A stretch of DNA of 63,731 nucleotides, filler included, from Chiloscyllium plagiosum (GCF_004010195.1; 4 parts of one record of this genome joined end to end with filler, not necessarily neighbours in it), one strand, 5' to 3'. Counted from the whole stretch's first letter, positions 49,709 through 61,820 are shown. Translations and numbers: made by a program. The notes: generated from the sequence alone by a model not told the origin.

Positions 49709-50299
49709 GCCATTAACGGTAATAGTCAAAATACATAGCATGATGACCAGTTCCTGGTTTGCGGTTTCTGAAATATTCTTCAGCTGGGCTTTAAGTTTGG
49801 TATCATTTGCGTTAACCACTGGTCCTCGCACTGGTGAGATCTTCAGGATAGTCAAGATAGAGAGCTGCATTTTACACATGGAAAATTAAAATATGGTCCT
49901 CAAGCAGGAAGAAATAGGAACTGATCAAGGCAATGGAGTGATAGGGAGCATAATTTGGGATGATAATCATAACAAGAGCAAGTGGATATCAGTGATGCTA
50001 TGGAAAAGTTTCAGACAGAAGATGTTAAAAAAAGATTGATGAGGGGAGTATAGGAGTAATTACCATGACCTGAAAACCTAATAGCTCCAAATTTCAAGGT
50101 AACTATATTTGGTTTTAAGAAATTTTAAAATTTCCTTTGATAGCCCTTTTCTCTCTAGTCTTGTAATTGCAACTGTACTAATGCAGCTCCAACTACCTGG
50201 ATCGAAATGACTATTTCAGGGAGGAGGCTTTAGTAGCTGTAATGTTGAGCCTGATGTTTCATAAGAGACAATCATATATCATCACACCACAGTTCAAGG

Positions 50300-51180
50300 G
50301 ACTACAGGAAAGAAGGGAATAGGTAACCACCAGACAGACCAGAAAGAAGAGGCAGGTAGTGCAGGTGTCCTCTGGGGTCCAACTCACTAACTGACATTTC
50401 ATTTTGGAAGCTGGTGAGGGTGCTGATATCTCGGAAAAGTGCAGTCGGACCCAGCTTCTGGCACCACGAGCAGCCTGACTGCATGGAGTGGAGTGGGCGG
50501 GGCAGGGAGGTGGTGAGGGATTCTTTAGTCAGGGGAGCAGACAGGTGCTTCTGTGACCAAAGATGTGACTCCAGGATGGTGTGTTGTCTCCCTGGTATCG
50601 GGGTCAGGGATGTCACTGAATGACTGACTGCATTTGCAGTCCTCACTTTCTCCTAGTTAGGGTGCATTAGTCTAGGGTAAATGTAGAGTCATAGGGCAGG
50701 GGAATGGATCTGGGGTGGTTACTCTTTGGAGAGTCAGTGTGGACTTGTTGGGTGAAGGCCTGTTTCCATACTGAAGGGATTCTATGATATCCTGAAATGG
50801 GAGCATGATGAGTTAGAAGTCATGGTACATGTTGGTACTAATGATATGGGCAAAGTGAGGAATGAAGTTTTGCACCAAGTATTCAGGGAGCTAGGCAGTA
50901 GCTTAGAGAGTAAGGTGTCAAAGGTTCTAATCTCTGGATTACTCACAGTGCCATGTGCTACTGAGCAAAGATATAGAAAAATAGGACAAGTGAATGATTC
51001 GCTTAGGTGCTGATGCAAGGGGCAGGGTTTCATGTTCTTGGATCATTGGGACTTCTTCTGGGGCAGGGGTGACCTGTTCAAGAGGGGCGAGTTGCACATA
51101 ATCTGGAGGGGAACCAATATCCTCGCAGGGAAGTTTCACTACTGCTACTCAGGAGGGTTTAAACTAGAGTGGCAGGGAGC
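50300..51180 (+). mobile_element. Degenerate CR1 ORF1 esterase region interrupted by Penelope/SINE 3' pieces (~50620-50787)
   Basis: VVRDSLVRGADR..RMVCCLPG and VHVGTNDMGK..KVLISGLL. Confidence 0.75.
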
Positions 51181-51645
51181 TGGGAAACACAGCAGCAGGT
51201 CAGCAAGTGGAGGATGAGGTAAATGTTATGAGCAGAAAGTCTCACAGGAAGTCAAGCAACATCAGAGGAGCAGGAGAGTTGACGTTTCAGGTCCTGATGA
51301 AAGGTTGACATGTCATTGGTACCAATATGTACAATGGCCCTTAGCTGTTCACATCCCGTTCACAATGTCTAGTAACTACCCACTGTCATCATTGACCCAA
51401 GCACCAGCGAGACTCTTCTGTAGCCCTAGAAATGCCTTGCTGTTCGCCTCACAATTGAATTCCCTTTCACTACAACCTTGCCATTCTTCTTTCTCTTCTG
51501 TTGTACAGCAGAGCCAGTCAAGGTGTCATGAACTTGGCTCCTACTACTATGGAGGAGAAAGTTAGGATTGCAGATGCTGGAGATCAGAACTGAAAATGTG
51601 TTGCTGGAAAAGCGCAGCAGGTCAGGCAGCATCCATGGAGCAGGA

Positions 51646-51683
51646 GAATCGACGTTTCGGGCAGGAGCCCTTCTTCAGGAATG
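51646..51683 (-). ncRNA. Minimal hammerhead ribozyme motif, intact core
   Basis: Minus strand CATTC-CTGAAGA-A-GGGC-TCCT-GCCC-GAAA-CG-TC^GATTC, inside a Penelope-derived repeat at ~51550-51733. Confidence 0.8.
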
Positions 51684-51733
51684 AGGAAAGTGTGTCCAGC
51701 AGGCTAAGATAAAAGGTAGGGAGGAGGGACTTG

Positions 51734-51833
51734 NNNNNNNNNNNNNNNNNNNNNNNNNNNNNNNNNNNNNNNNNNNNTTAATTAATTAANNNNNNNNNNN
51801 NNNNNNNNNNNNNNNNNNNNNNNNNNNNNNNNN
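51734..51833. other. Artificial scaffold join
   Basis: N run with central TTAATTAATTAA, 100 bp. Confidence 0.95.
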
Positions 51834-52413
51834 TTCCTGGAGTTAACCCATCTATGTGACTGTATCTGAGACTTGCCCCCTTCCTATCTATGCCATCCAT
51901 CACATACTGTTGCTGTTGCAAATTCCTCATCGCTTCTATCAGTCTCTCCATTCGCTCTGATTAGATTTGCATCCAACAGCATTTATGGCAGATATAATCC
52001 GCAGTAACCCTTAAACTCTCTTTAAACTCCCACATCTGACAAGAAGTACATATCACTGCAAAGGCCATTTTTGCTCCTTCACAATCTACAGACCCAGAAA
52101 ATAACACCGTCTTATTCCTCTACAAACACTGCCCCAGGTTAAATTAATAGCTATGGTTTATATTTTAAGTTTAATCAAGAGACTTATCTCGAAAAACATA
52201 TAATCAAGAAAGAATCCACTATACTCACTACTGCAGCCTTTCTCTTAGACAGACTTAAAACAACAATTAACTTATCAGATTCTGTGCTGTGATCTTTGCC
52301 CAACAGTTCCTCCAAGATTAGTTGTGAATTTCACTGTTTGTTAATTTTCCCAGTTGCACTCCAGTGTCCAGCGATACACGAATTCAAACAGCAAGGGTGG
52401 TAGCTGTGCAGGT

Positions 52414-52451
<38 letters not shown>

Positions 52452-52475
52452 CTGCACTGTCCTCACCATGTGCAT
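51834..52475 (-). mobile_element. CR1 5' UTR / ORF1 start
   Basis: Reverse-complement homology to ~37050-37655 of the full-length CR1, including the (GA)n tract. Confidence 0.8.
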
Positions 52476-53006
52476 GGAGAATCCTTGACACTGATCTAAC
52501 TAGCTCTCAGAGTGAATAGGGCATCTGACATTTTTCTTTTTATCTGTCAGCTCGGGCTCCACTTGGCTGACCTCGTTACAATCACTACATCAATAAAACA
52601 CAATGTTCTCTTCCTTCCTACCAATCTAACAGCATCTACTAATTTTCAATTAAACTTTGCATAGCATCATATTATTCATGTTACTTCTTAGTCAGTCCCT
52701 CAGAATAAAGTTGATTGCTTTTACTCCAGTTCAATGGTTCTGAGATGGCTGGTAAATCTATTAGATGATATGCAAACTGTGCCACATATGAATGAGTAGT
52801 GTTTCTTGAAGGGTTGGGGTAGATGGATTGTTTGAAAGCTTGTGTTCGCCTTCTTATACTTTGCCATCACCTCTGTACATTGCCAAAGAAGTGTCTCATT
52901 GTTTGGTGCTTTCCCAGATGAATCTAATATATTTTGGTCAGCCTTAAGCCAGGGACTCCAAGGAGCCAGCGGGCATATTTAATTTTTAGGAATGCTTTGA
53001 GGACAT

Positions 53007-53956
53007 TGTTATGGGCAGACCCCCTTCAAAACATTTTTAGAAGGTAGCCCTGACCCTAACTTTGCTAGTTGTTTCAGGCAGATGTTAGGTGGATATCCCA
53101 GGAGTGATCCACCTGGTCAACCACTTGGCTTCAAGTAAAACAGAATTTATTTACACACTGCCAAAAGAAGCACAAGCAGAAGAAAACAGAACTTAGAATA
53201 ACAACTGTTTGAAAACCCAACCAATGTGATATCCCCTGCAACTTAACAAAGAGCTGTTCCGAATTCCTGCAGCATCCACTCCCATTGCCAAAAAGAAAGG
53301 TAAATGCAAACCCGAGTTCTTACAGGAGAGATGTCAGAGAGAGAGAGGATCAGCTAGGGATCATTTGCTGAAACATGGAACCTCTTTCCACTGTAGCAGT
53401 TTGCTTTAGGTCCCCAGCTAAAACTAAACCAAACTAGAAAAGTCCCTGAACTGGGAGAACTGGCCACTCCCCTTTCATTGTTCAACTGTTTTAAAAGAAA
53501 ATCTAAAAGCCTTCTCTTTGTTAGCCATTAGCAAAGATCCCAAAACCCAGACAAATCGGAACCTCTGCCTTTTACAACCCTGCTTGAAAAAACCAAGGAC
53601 AACATAACTTTCGGGTGGCACGGTGACTCAGTGGTTAGCACTGTTGCCTCACAGTGCCAGGGACCTGGGTTGGCAATCCGGCCTCGGGCGACTGTCTGTG
53701 TGGAGTTTGCACATTCTTCCTGTGTCTGCGTGGGTTTCCTCCGGGTGCTCTGGTTTCCTCCCACAGTCCAAAGATGTGCAGGTTATGAGAATTGCCCATG
53801 CTGAATTGTCCATGGTTTTCAGGGATGTGTAGGCTAGGTGCATTAGTCAGGGGAAATGGGTCTTCCAAGGGTCAGTGTGGACTTGTTGTATCAAATGGCC
53901 TGTTCCTACACTTTAAGGATTCTATGATAACTTTGTTAAAGAGCACCTTTTTCACA
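53007..53956 (-). mobile_element. Solo LTR related to the Gypsy LTR at 34734, interrupted by a SINE
   Basis: TG...CA termini, 4-bp TSD ACAT (53003-53006 and 53957-53960), reverse-complement homology to 34734-35289. Confidence 0.88.
53612..53926 (+). mobile_element. HE1-like V-SINE (tRNA-derived head, V domain, CR1-like tail)
   Basis: GGTGGCACGGTGACTCAGTGGTTAGCACTG head, GTGTCTGCGTGGGTTTCCTCCGGGTGCTC V domain, 8-bp TSD ATAACTTT (53604-53611 and 53927-53934). Confidence 0.9.
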
Positions 53957-54522
53957 ACATACCTAAGAGGTTTCCGTTGTCCTCCAGGGAGTCGTCTGCT
54001 ACTGATAAGTTCCGAATAGAACACTTCTGTTGTGAGTTTGTTATAAATGCACAAACTACACGCTCTGTCCACAGTGCTCGGTATGAGTACTTAGTTCCTT
54101 TATGTTGGTTAAGTTGGCTTGACAGAGGATAGTGCTGTTGGACTCCATTTCTTGCCACCACATTTATAGAATCTTGCAAAGGCACTCACTGGTGGTGCTT
54201 CTCCAGTACTTTGAAGTTCTTGTTGTAGGTTATCCAAGTCTTCAAGTTCTATAGGAGCTCATGGGGTCAATGCTGCTCAGTAAATCATGATTTGGAGATG
54301 CCGGTGTTGGACTGGGGTGTACAAAGGCACTCACTGGTGGTGCTTCTCCAGTACTTTGAAGTTCTTGTTGTAGGTTATCCAAGTCTTCAAGTTCTATAGG
54401 AGCTCATGGGATCAATGCTGCTCAGTAAATCATGATTTGGAGATGCCAGTGTTGGACTGGGGTGTACAAAGTTAAAAATCACACAACATCAGGTTATAGT
54501 CCAACAGGTTTAATTGGAAGCA

Positions 54523-54557
54523 CACTAGCTTTCGGAGCGATGCTCCTTCATCAGGTG
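54523..54557 (-). ncRNA. Minimal hammerhead ribozyme motif, intact core
   Basis: Minus strand CAC-CTGATGA-A-GGAGC-ATC-GCTCC-GAAA-GC-TA^GTG. Confidence 0.78.
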
Positions 54558-54896
54558 ATAGTGAAGGGCTTGATCGTAACACAGAATTTATAGCAAAAAT
54601 TTGCAGTGTGATGTAACTGAAATTATACATTGAAGAATTGATTGTCTGTTAAGCCTTTCATCTGTTAGAATACAGTGATAGTTTCACTTCTTTCATGTGT
54701 AAATCACAAAACCCTTTTTTNNNNNNNNNNNNNNNNNNNNNNNNNNNNNNNGTCTGTGAGGGGGTGCATGTGTGGGAGTCTATGTGTCTATAAGGGTGTG
54801 TGTGGGTGTCAATCAATTCTTCAATGTATAATTTCAGTTACATCACACTGCAAATTTTTGCTATAAATTCTGTGTTACGATCGAGCCCTCCACAAT

Positions 54897-54931
54897 CACC
54901 TGATGAAGGAGCGTCGCTCCGAAAGCTAGTG
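54897..54931 (+). ncRNA. Minimal hammerhead ribozyme motif, intact core
   Basis: CAC-CTGATGA-A-GGAGC-GTC-GCTCC-GAAA-GC-TA^GTG. Confidence 0.78.
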
Positions 54932-57900
54932 TGCTTCCAATTAAATCTGTTGGACTATAACCTCCTGTTGTGTGATTTTTAACTCAGTAAATCATGGTTT
55001 GAGTTCTGTTCCTCAAATACTCTTTCCCCAATCAGTCAAAGACTCAGTTGACACATTGGAGGAGAGGGAGAATTTTGTCATCATCATTGTCTGCCTTCAT
55101 CAAGCAGAGGCTTCCATGATCTGGGAAATGGTCATATCTTCCAGAATCTTATTATTAATCTTAATTGATGTGTGATGTCGGCGATAATTGGAAGAGGATT
55201 TTAGTTTTCCTGTGTTTAGTGAATACTGTATTTTTTCATATGTTTCATAGAAGTGACCTGAAGCTCAGTTTATTTGAGTGCAAAGCATGCCTTAACTGTA
55301 TACTGAAGCTCTATGAGTGAGACTCGAGTAATTTTGATTTAAATTGAAAGCAGCATAAGTTACACAATTTCTTACCTGTTCTGTAGGTTATCTCCACGCC
55401 AGTGAGTAATTTGTTGGTTGTGAAGAACAGTAGTGCAGCAAAGCAAAGAGAAAAGACAAACATTGCAATGGCAGACATTTGAAAGATTTCACTGATAGTT
55501 TTGGTGATGTTTCTTTTGGTAAGGATTATGGTGTATATGTCATATTGGGGTAGGTAGAAAATGGCTACAAATTTCTGAGGACAGCCAAAATTAAAAAGTT
55601 TATTCTATCAGCCTTTGTGATTGACAGAGTCAAAGACTTTTGTGAGGTTGAAAAATTCTACTACAACCATTTGGGCTGTTATTTACATTTTTCAGTAAAT
55701 TGTATGAAAGCCACGTCTATGGTGCTCCATGGGGAGCTATGACTCTCAAAGGAATTCTTCAGCCACTAGAAGGAGATAGTTAGTTGATTTGATTTGATCA
55801 TTGTTACATGCACTGAGATACAGTGAAAAATATTGTTTTGCGTTTCATCTAGTCAACCATTCCTTCCTCCAAACTGTAAATCAACCAACTCTTACTTGGA
55901 CCATTAAAAAAAACTTCCAAAGTCACATGTTTCATCTATTTTCAGAGTAACTAAGTCAGGAGTCACTAAATTACAATGAATTTGTTCTGCATGCTCATAT
56001 TACTCAACTTCAGCCAATAGTTTACACATTTTCCAACTAAAGTTTACATGATAAAAGGACTTTCAGTGAAAAGCCTGGTGGTTACCTAAGTAACTGAAAT
56101 GTTCAATATATAATTGTTTTAACAATGTGCTTCAAGTTATTTTCATTGCCACTGATATATGCAAATAAACACTAAACTCCTGGGATAATAATTAATTGTT
56201 TATATTTACAGACCTTTAGATGTTTTTCCCTCCAAAGAATAACAAGAGCAAAGGAAGAGAGACCTTGAAGTGTAATTGCTAAAATCAATTCACTTTTATC
56301 AGGGGGCCATTTAGCATGCAGCTAACGATACATGACTACCATGCACATTTTCTCATCTTATTGGGTAATAAAAATGTTTCCATCATCCATTTAATAAATT
56401 ATTCAGTTTTTCTAAATGATTCATCTAATGAGACATTGTGTTTTTTCTATTGTGATAGATAAAGTTAGAGCTCAGAGTTAAGCAAAACTGCTTCACATCT
56501 TTCAGTTGCAAGTGGTCTATGTGTATCACAAAGGGGACCTTGTCGAAAAGATAATTGCTCAGGTATTTTCCAAAGCAAATAAGGGAAACTTCACAAAGTA
56601 GGACAAATTGACTGTACATCTCTTTAAGCACATCAGCCTTTGAACGGATATTAAAATCATGCTGAAATAAAGACAGCTTGCAATAGAGGTAATTATGTGG
56701 AATGAACACAGGTGGAAACAATATTTGCAATTAATTTAGTCTTTGAGGTATTGAAAGTTTTTGTTTAGGAAATTATTACTGAATATCGTTAGGAACAATA
56801 TATAATTTTAAGTTTAATATATATCTTGCAATTTGTGTGTTTGTAAGTGGAAACATAGTATTAGTTTCATTTTACAGAATCATTCTTGTGACCTTGATGC
56901 CAAGACATGTAGAGTCTTCTTTATTTACATGGACTTATAGTGATATTTTACTGCAGCTTTGTAGAACTGCAGCTATAGCAGCTTGAAGAAGAAGCTTTCA
57001 TGTGGTGATAGTGTTAAATCTTTGCTGGGTTTTTGTGTGTAAGGATATTTCAGGTATAAAGTGAATGTGTAAGTTTTAATCATGTTTTAGTGTTTGCAAT
57101 GCAATCTTTCCAACTTTTTTGTCAAATATATTTAATTAATGTTTTCCTTATTTAATAGATATCTTGCTCTTAACATTAGAAGTACACTGATAGACTCTCA
57201 TGAATGTATTCAGTAACTGACTCCCATGGCTAACAATAAACAAAGTTCAGCTCTATTAAGCTAGGATTCACTCTGAGATCTGACTCCAACACAGTCCGTT
57301 GGGATAATAACAATATATCTTATTTACACTGATTACCAGAGAATAGTGAGGACTAGTTGGCAGTGCAAATTCATCAATTCATACAATGTGGGGATTTCTA
57401 AAACTTTCTGAATTTTCCAGTTTACAACTAATCATTGAGGCATCTCATGCCCTGTTTTCTCAATTGGACAGCTTCCTTAGTTAGTCAAGGTGGTTCATCC
57501 TTTACATGGGAGCTTTCATTCTCAATGAAGTATACCTATGTTGAGAGTTATGTAACGTCTGAAATGTCTGTCAGAACTTATCTGTCATCTTACCTTTTCA
57601 CCTATTCCCAATCTGTCTTCATGCCATTTTACTTGACTTTAATTTTAAGACTAGTTTCAGACATGTTTTTCTGAATATGAAATTTATAATATTTTGATCA
57701 CCCTCTGAGAGGTAGTTAATGAATCCTTTCTTGTTTCAGGTTATCAGTTTCAAAATAACTGATCCTTGTTTAGTTTCATAATATTTTATTCTAAGGTATC
57801 ATCCTGAATAATCTGCTCTAACTTTTTTTCGAGGCTACTGTTTTACTAATTGTATTTCTCAAATATTTATTAAGGTGAAAATTATTACTTAATTTTTGCT

Positions 57901-58159
57901 CTTATCTTTAGTGTAGTTACTGTTAGGGAATCTAAAAACTATTCCAACAGTGACTTCTTTCCCTTGCTATTTTTCTATCTCTACCCAAACTATTTCTACA
58001 CTTTGATCTTCTGAACCAAGACCATCGCTGACAACAGTATGGTCTAATCCTTCATTAATAAAGTTAGCCAAGCCCCTTTTTCTTGCCTTCTTATCCATTT
58101 AAAACATAAATACCCTTGAACATTCAGTTCCCAGCTTTAGCCACTTTGCAAACATTAAT

Positions 58160-58735
58160 GATTTTTGAAAAGATTTGTAGCTCAGGTTGATGTTAAGTAT
58201 GTAAGTTTGCTCGTTGAGCTGGAAGGTTTGTTTTCAGACGTTTCATCACCATACTAGGTAACATCATCAGTGTGAGTCTCCGGTGAAGCGCTGGTAGTAC
58301 GTCCATCTCTCTATTTATAGGTCTTGATTTCTTAAGGTGGGTGATGCCATTTCCAGTGCTATTTTTCAAGAGAAGGTAGATAGGATCTAATTTGATCTGT
58401 TTATTGGTGGAGTTCTGGTTAGAATGCCATGCCTCTAAGAATTATCGTGCGTGTCTTTGTTTCGCCTGTCCTAGGATGTGTGTGTTGCCCAGTCCAAGTG
58501 GTGTCCTTCTTTGTCTGTATGTATGGAAACTAGTGATAGTGGGTTGTGTCTTTTGGTGGCTAGTTGGTATTCGTATATCCTGGTGGCAAGTTTCCTGCTT
58601 GTTTGTCCAACGTTTTGTTTTTTACACTTCTTGCATGGTATCTTGTAAATGACGTTAGTTTTGTTGGTAGTATCTAATGGATCCTTTAGGTTCATTAGTC
58701 ACTTTTTAAGTGTGTTGGTAGGTTTCTGTATTGGC
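58160..58735 (-). mobile_element. Penelope-like element of a distinct family (GIY-YIG fragment + hammerhead)
   Basis: LKDPLDTTNKTNVIYKIPCKKCKKQNVGQTSRKLATRIYEYQLA...GHHLDW; hammerhead motif downstream. Confidence 0.85.
58235..58272 (-). ncRNA. Minimal hammerhead ribozyme motif with a longer stem II
   Basis: Minus strand CA-CTGATGA-T-GTTACC-TAGTAT-GGTGAT-GAAA-CG-TC^TG. Confidence 0.68.
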
Positions 58736-58739
58736 AATA

Positions 58740-59530
58740 AGTAGTGTCCAATGGATATTTTTTGAGCTGGAGGAAGATTCTCTGTGAAGTCCCCCAGGGT
58801 TCCATATGGGACCTTTACTTTTCTCAATGTATATTAACGATTTGGCTCTTGGTGCGCAAGGGACAATTTCCAAGTTTGCAGAATTACTAAACTTGAAAGA
58901 ATTCAAACTGTGAGGAGAACAATGTAGAACTCTAAAAGGACATTGACAAATTGGTAAAATGGGCAGAGAGAAGGCAGATGAGGTTGAATGCAGACAAGTG
59001 TGTGGTGATGCACTTCGCTTGGAATAACAATAAAAGACAATAGAAAATGGGGAGTACAATTCTAAACAGTGTTCAGGAGCAGAGAGACCCTAGGGTACAT
59101 GTATCCAGATCATTGAAAGCGGTAGGACAGGTGGAGTGGGCAGTTAATAAAGCATAGTTTTTTATGCTTTATTAATACAGTCATAGTAGACAAGAGGAAG
59201 GAAGTGACGTTGAACTTGTACAAGATGTTTGTTAGATGTCAGATGGAGTATTGTGTGCAATAGTGTGCACCACATTATAGGAAATATGTGAATGATTTGG
59301 AGAGAGTGCAGAAATCATTTGCAAGAATAGTTCCAGGAATGAGTAACTTCAGTTATGAGGATAGATCAAAGAAATTGGGACTGTTTTCCTTTGAGTCCCA
59401 AAAGCTGTGTGGTCCAGAAAAAAAAGTTGGACTGGGAAGGGAAAGATCTAGTTGTCAATTTTCACATGAGTAGCAACAACATAGGAAGAATAAAGAAAGA
59501 GGTTCTGTTAGGAGAATATGAGCAACTTTT
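58740..59530 (+). mobile_element. Degenerate CR1 fragments
   Basis: PQGSIWDL../YINDL../LERVQKSFARIVPGM remnants and a short ORF1 piece. Confidence 0.7.
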
Positions 59531-61316
59531 TGGTGCTACTCATGAGACCAATTACAACTCAATCATGCTCTTGGATGCTGTGAACAGCATTTATTACCCC
59601 CTTCCCCAGCCACATTGACCTCTACTTTTTAATTTCTTATTATAAATGACCTGCTGGGCAATAGTGTTGTGCTCTATTTGCTCAACTCCTTTCAGTATTT
59701 GCTCTTGTTCACAAGAATTGTAACAGCCTTGTACCATTTGGACCTAGGCTGTGGATCATCCATTGTTAACTTCCTGATCCCCATACCTACTCCTTCTATT
59801 GCACAAAGCTGATTAATTAAAAATGAAATCAGTGTCAGTTTTTTACACACTTTTGCATTTACAAAGTTACAAATTACAAGTATATATCTCAATGCCAAAA
59901 CACAGTTTTAGCCTGTGTCTACTTATCAGAGGACAAAGAGAATCTAAAAGGTAGTTAGGAATGAGCAATAAATGTTGGCCTAGCCAGCAATGGCAACATC
60001 TTGATGCAGAATTTTAAAAATGCCTACAGACTGCATATAATTTAACAATGAATATATAAATAAAGATTTTCTGTGCTCTCTTTACTTAAAAATTAACCAG
60101 ATGTGTTTTCATGCCAATTGATAATACCTTTTTGGGATTGAATTGTACAGTTTTTTTTGACTAAGTGCCAGTGGCATTGAGTCCTTGGGAAGTTTTTTTG
60201 CTGTGAGGCCAAGTGGATTTTCTGTCAACATTAATTATCTACCCCATCCCCATTGCATCCCTCTCATCTGATTCTTTCCTCATCGTGCATTGTTCCGGAA
60301 ACAACTCACCATTACTGGGAAGTTCCAGCATTGACTGCCATCCTAACATGGGGTGCCATCTTCAATAGGCCAGTGTGCACCTGGACAAGCAACCGTAGAC
60401 TGGGGCTGCCCTGCTCAGTTACTGACATTTGTCCCTGACATGGTGGACAATGGGAATTTGTTGTTCCACTTCGTGGTGAGGGATCTGGAAGTCCTGCTGT
60501 ATAGGATGATGCAGAGTTGGGGCATCCTCTTTCTTTGAGACTAGCACTGGAGGCCATAACACCATACCAGCCTGGTCTGGGATTGCCACCCAGGTCAGTG
60601 TAGGCACAACTTCTTTGAAGAGTTATACAGGACTTGAAACACTATCTCTTTTTTTCTCTGTACAGAATCTGCTATACCTGCTGAGTTTCTCAAGCATTTT
60701 TGGTCCATGTTTATGTTAGACCATGAGCTCTAACTTTAACAACTGACCTGCTAATGACATTAGATCAAATCCCTTTTGAAAGTCTATTTATATCATGCCA
60801 ATAGCATCATATTCATTATCTTCCCTGTTAACTCATCAAAACATTGAGCAAATTAGTTAAACATGATTTTCATGAACAACTCCATGCTGGCTTTTTTTCA
60901 TTAATCTATATTTCTTCAAAGGACTGTTTATTTTGCCCTGATTTATAATTTTTAAGAGCTTTGTCACCACCAAAATGAAAGTGTAGTTCCTGGGATTATC
61001 TTTACACCCTATTTGAACAATTTCCCAGTCTTCTGGCACAATCCTGTATCTGAACAGAAAACTGAGTTATGATCAGTGTTTCAATGATTTCCATCTGTTC
61101 CTTAGATACATCTCACCTTGTCCTGATGACTTATTAACTGTCACTATAGCCAGACTGTTTAGTGCTACTTTTGTCTCAAATTTTAGGCCATCCACTATCT
61201 CAACTTAAAAAAAAATGTGGATGCTGTAATTTAGAAATAAAAGCAGAAATTGCCGAAAAAGCTCAGCGGGTCTGGCAGCATCTGTGAAGAGAAATCAAAG
61301 TTAACTTTTCGAGTCC

Positions 61317-61354
61317 AGTTCTGAGGAAGGGTCACCGGACCTGAAATGTTAACT
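61317..61354 (+). ncRNA. Minimal hammerhead motif (CpG-decayed stem III) in a short inverted Penelope-derived insertion
   Basis: AGTT-CTGAGGA-A-GGGTC-ACCG-GACCT-GAAA-TG-TT^AACT. Insertion ~61206-61366 is flanked by cactatctcaact / cactgtctcaact. Confidence 0.65.
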
Positions 61355-61731
61355 CTGATTCCTTTTCACTGTCTCAACTATCTCCTCTTACTTTATGACT
61401 CAGGTGGGTGCAATTAACTCTTTCAGTACCTCAGTCATTTGCCTCAAAGTGTAAATCCCCTTTCAGGTCCTTATTCAGTCTAAAGCTTCCTTTTACCCTG
61501 AATATATCTCAGTTGGAAGGAGTGACTTTAGGAGGAAAAGGTTACATTAAGGTATTGTAGAGAAAAAAATCCGAACAATATTCTTTATAAAAGGAGTAAA
61601 GTCTGATTTAGTTATAGTGAATGAATACAATGAGGTAAATTGTCAGACTTATTACATAATATGCACAAAAGCATCAAAGATGCCCATTTAGTATCTTCCA
61701 CAAATTATGACCAAAAACATAATGAGTAGTA

Positions 61732-61820
61732 CAGTTGGTTCTGATACAACGCAATAGTTCTGTTCCTGTGCGATCCCATGTTATAAGAAAATCATGTAAT
61801 AGCAGCGCCATTTAAACTAT
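61732..61820 (+). mobile_element. Isolated Tigger/pogo-type terminal fragment
   Basis: TA|CAGTTGGTTCTGATACAACGCAATAGTT... resembles the reverse complement of the terminus at ~19000-19072. Confidence 0.65.

Larger units (their letters stand above)
54435..54982. mobile_element. Penelope-like insertion with inverted pseudo-LTR arms, each carrying a hammerhead
   Basis: About 54470-54645 is the inverted complement of about 54810-54984. Direct repeat CTCAGTAAATCATG at 54421-54434 and 54983-54996. Small internal N gap. Confidence 0.85.

Noticed and set aside
53613..53690. tRNA-like sequence
   Set aside because: It is the head of a V-SINE bounded by a TSD; no complete cloverleaf.
60240..60610. GC-richer segment with overlapping short ORFs, possibly Harbinger-related
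   Set aside because: No diagnostic motif that I could identify.
60614..60645. Possible further hammerhead (TTGAAGAGTTATACAGGACTTGAAAC)
   Set aside because: Core and stems are too degraded to support.
108..61354. Recurring ~30-bp hairpin repeats as a CRISPR-like array
   Set aside because: Dispersed, on both strands, without regular spacers or cas genes, in a vertebrate context; explained as Penelope hammerheads.
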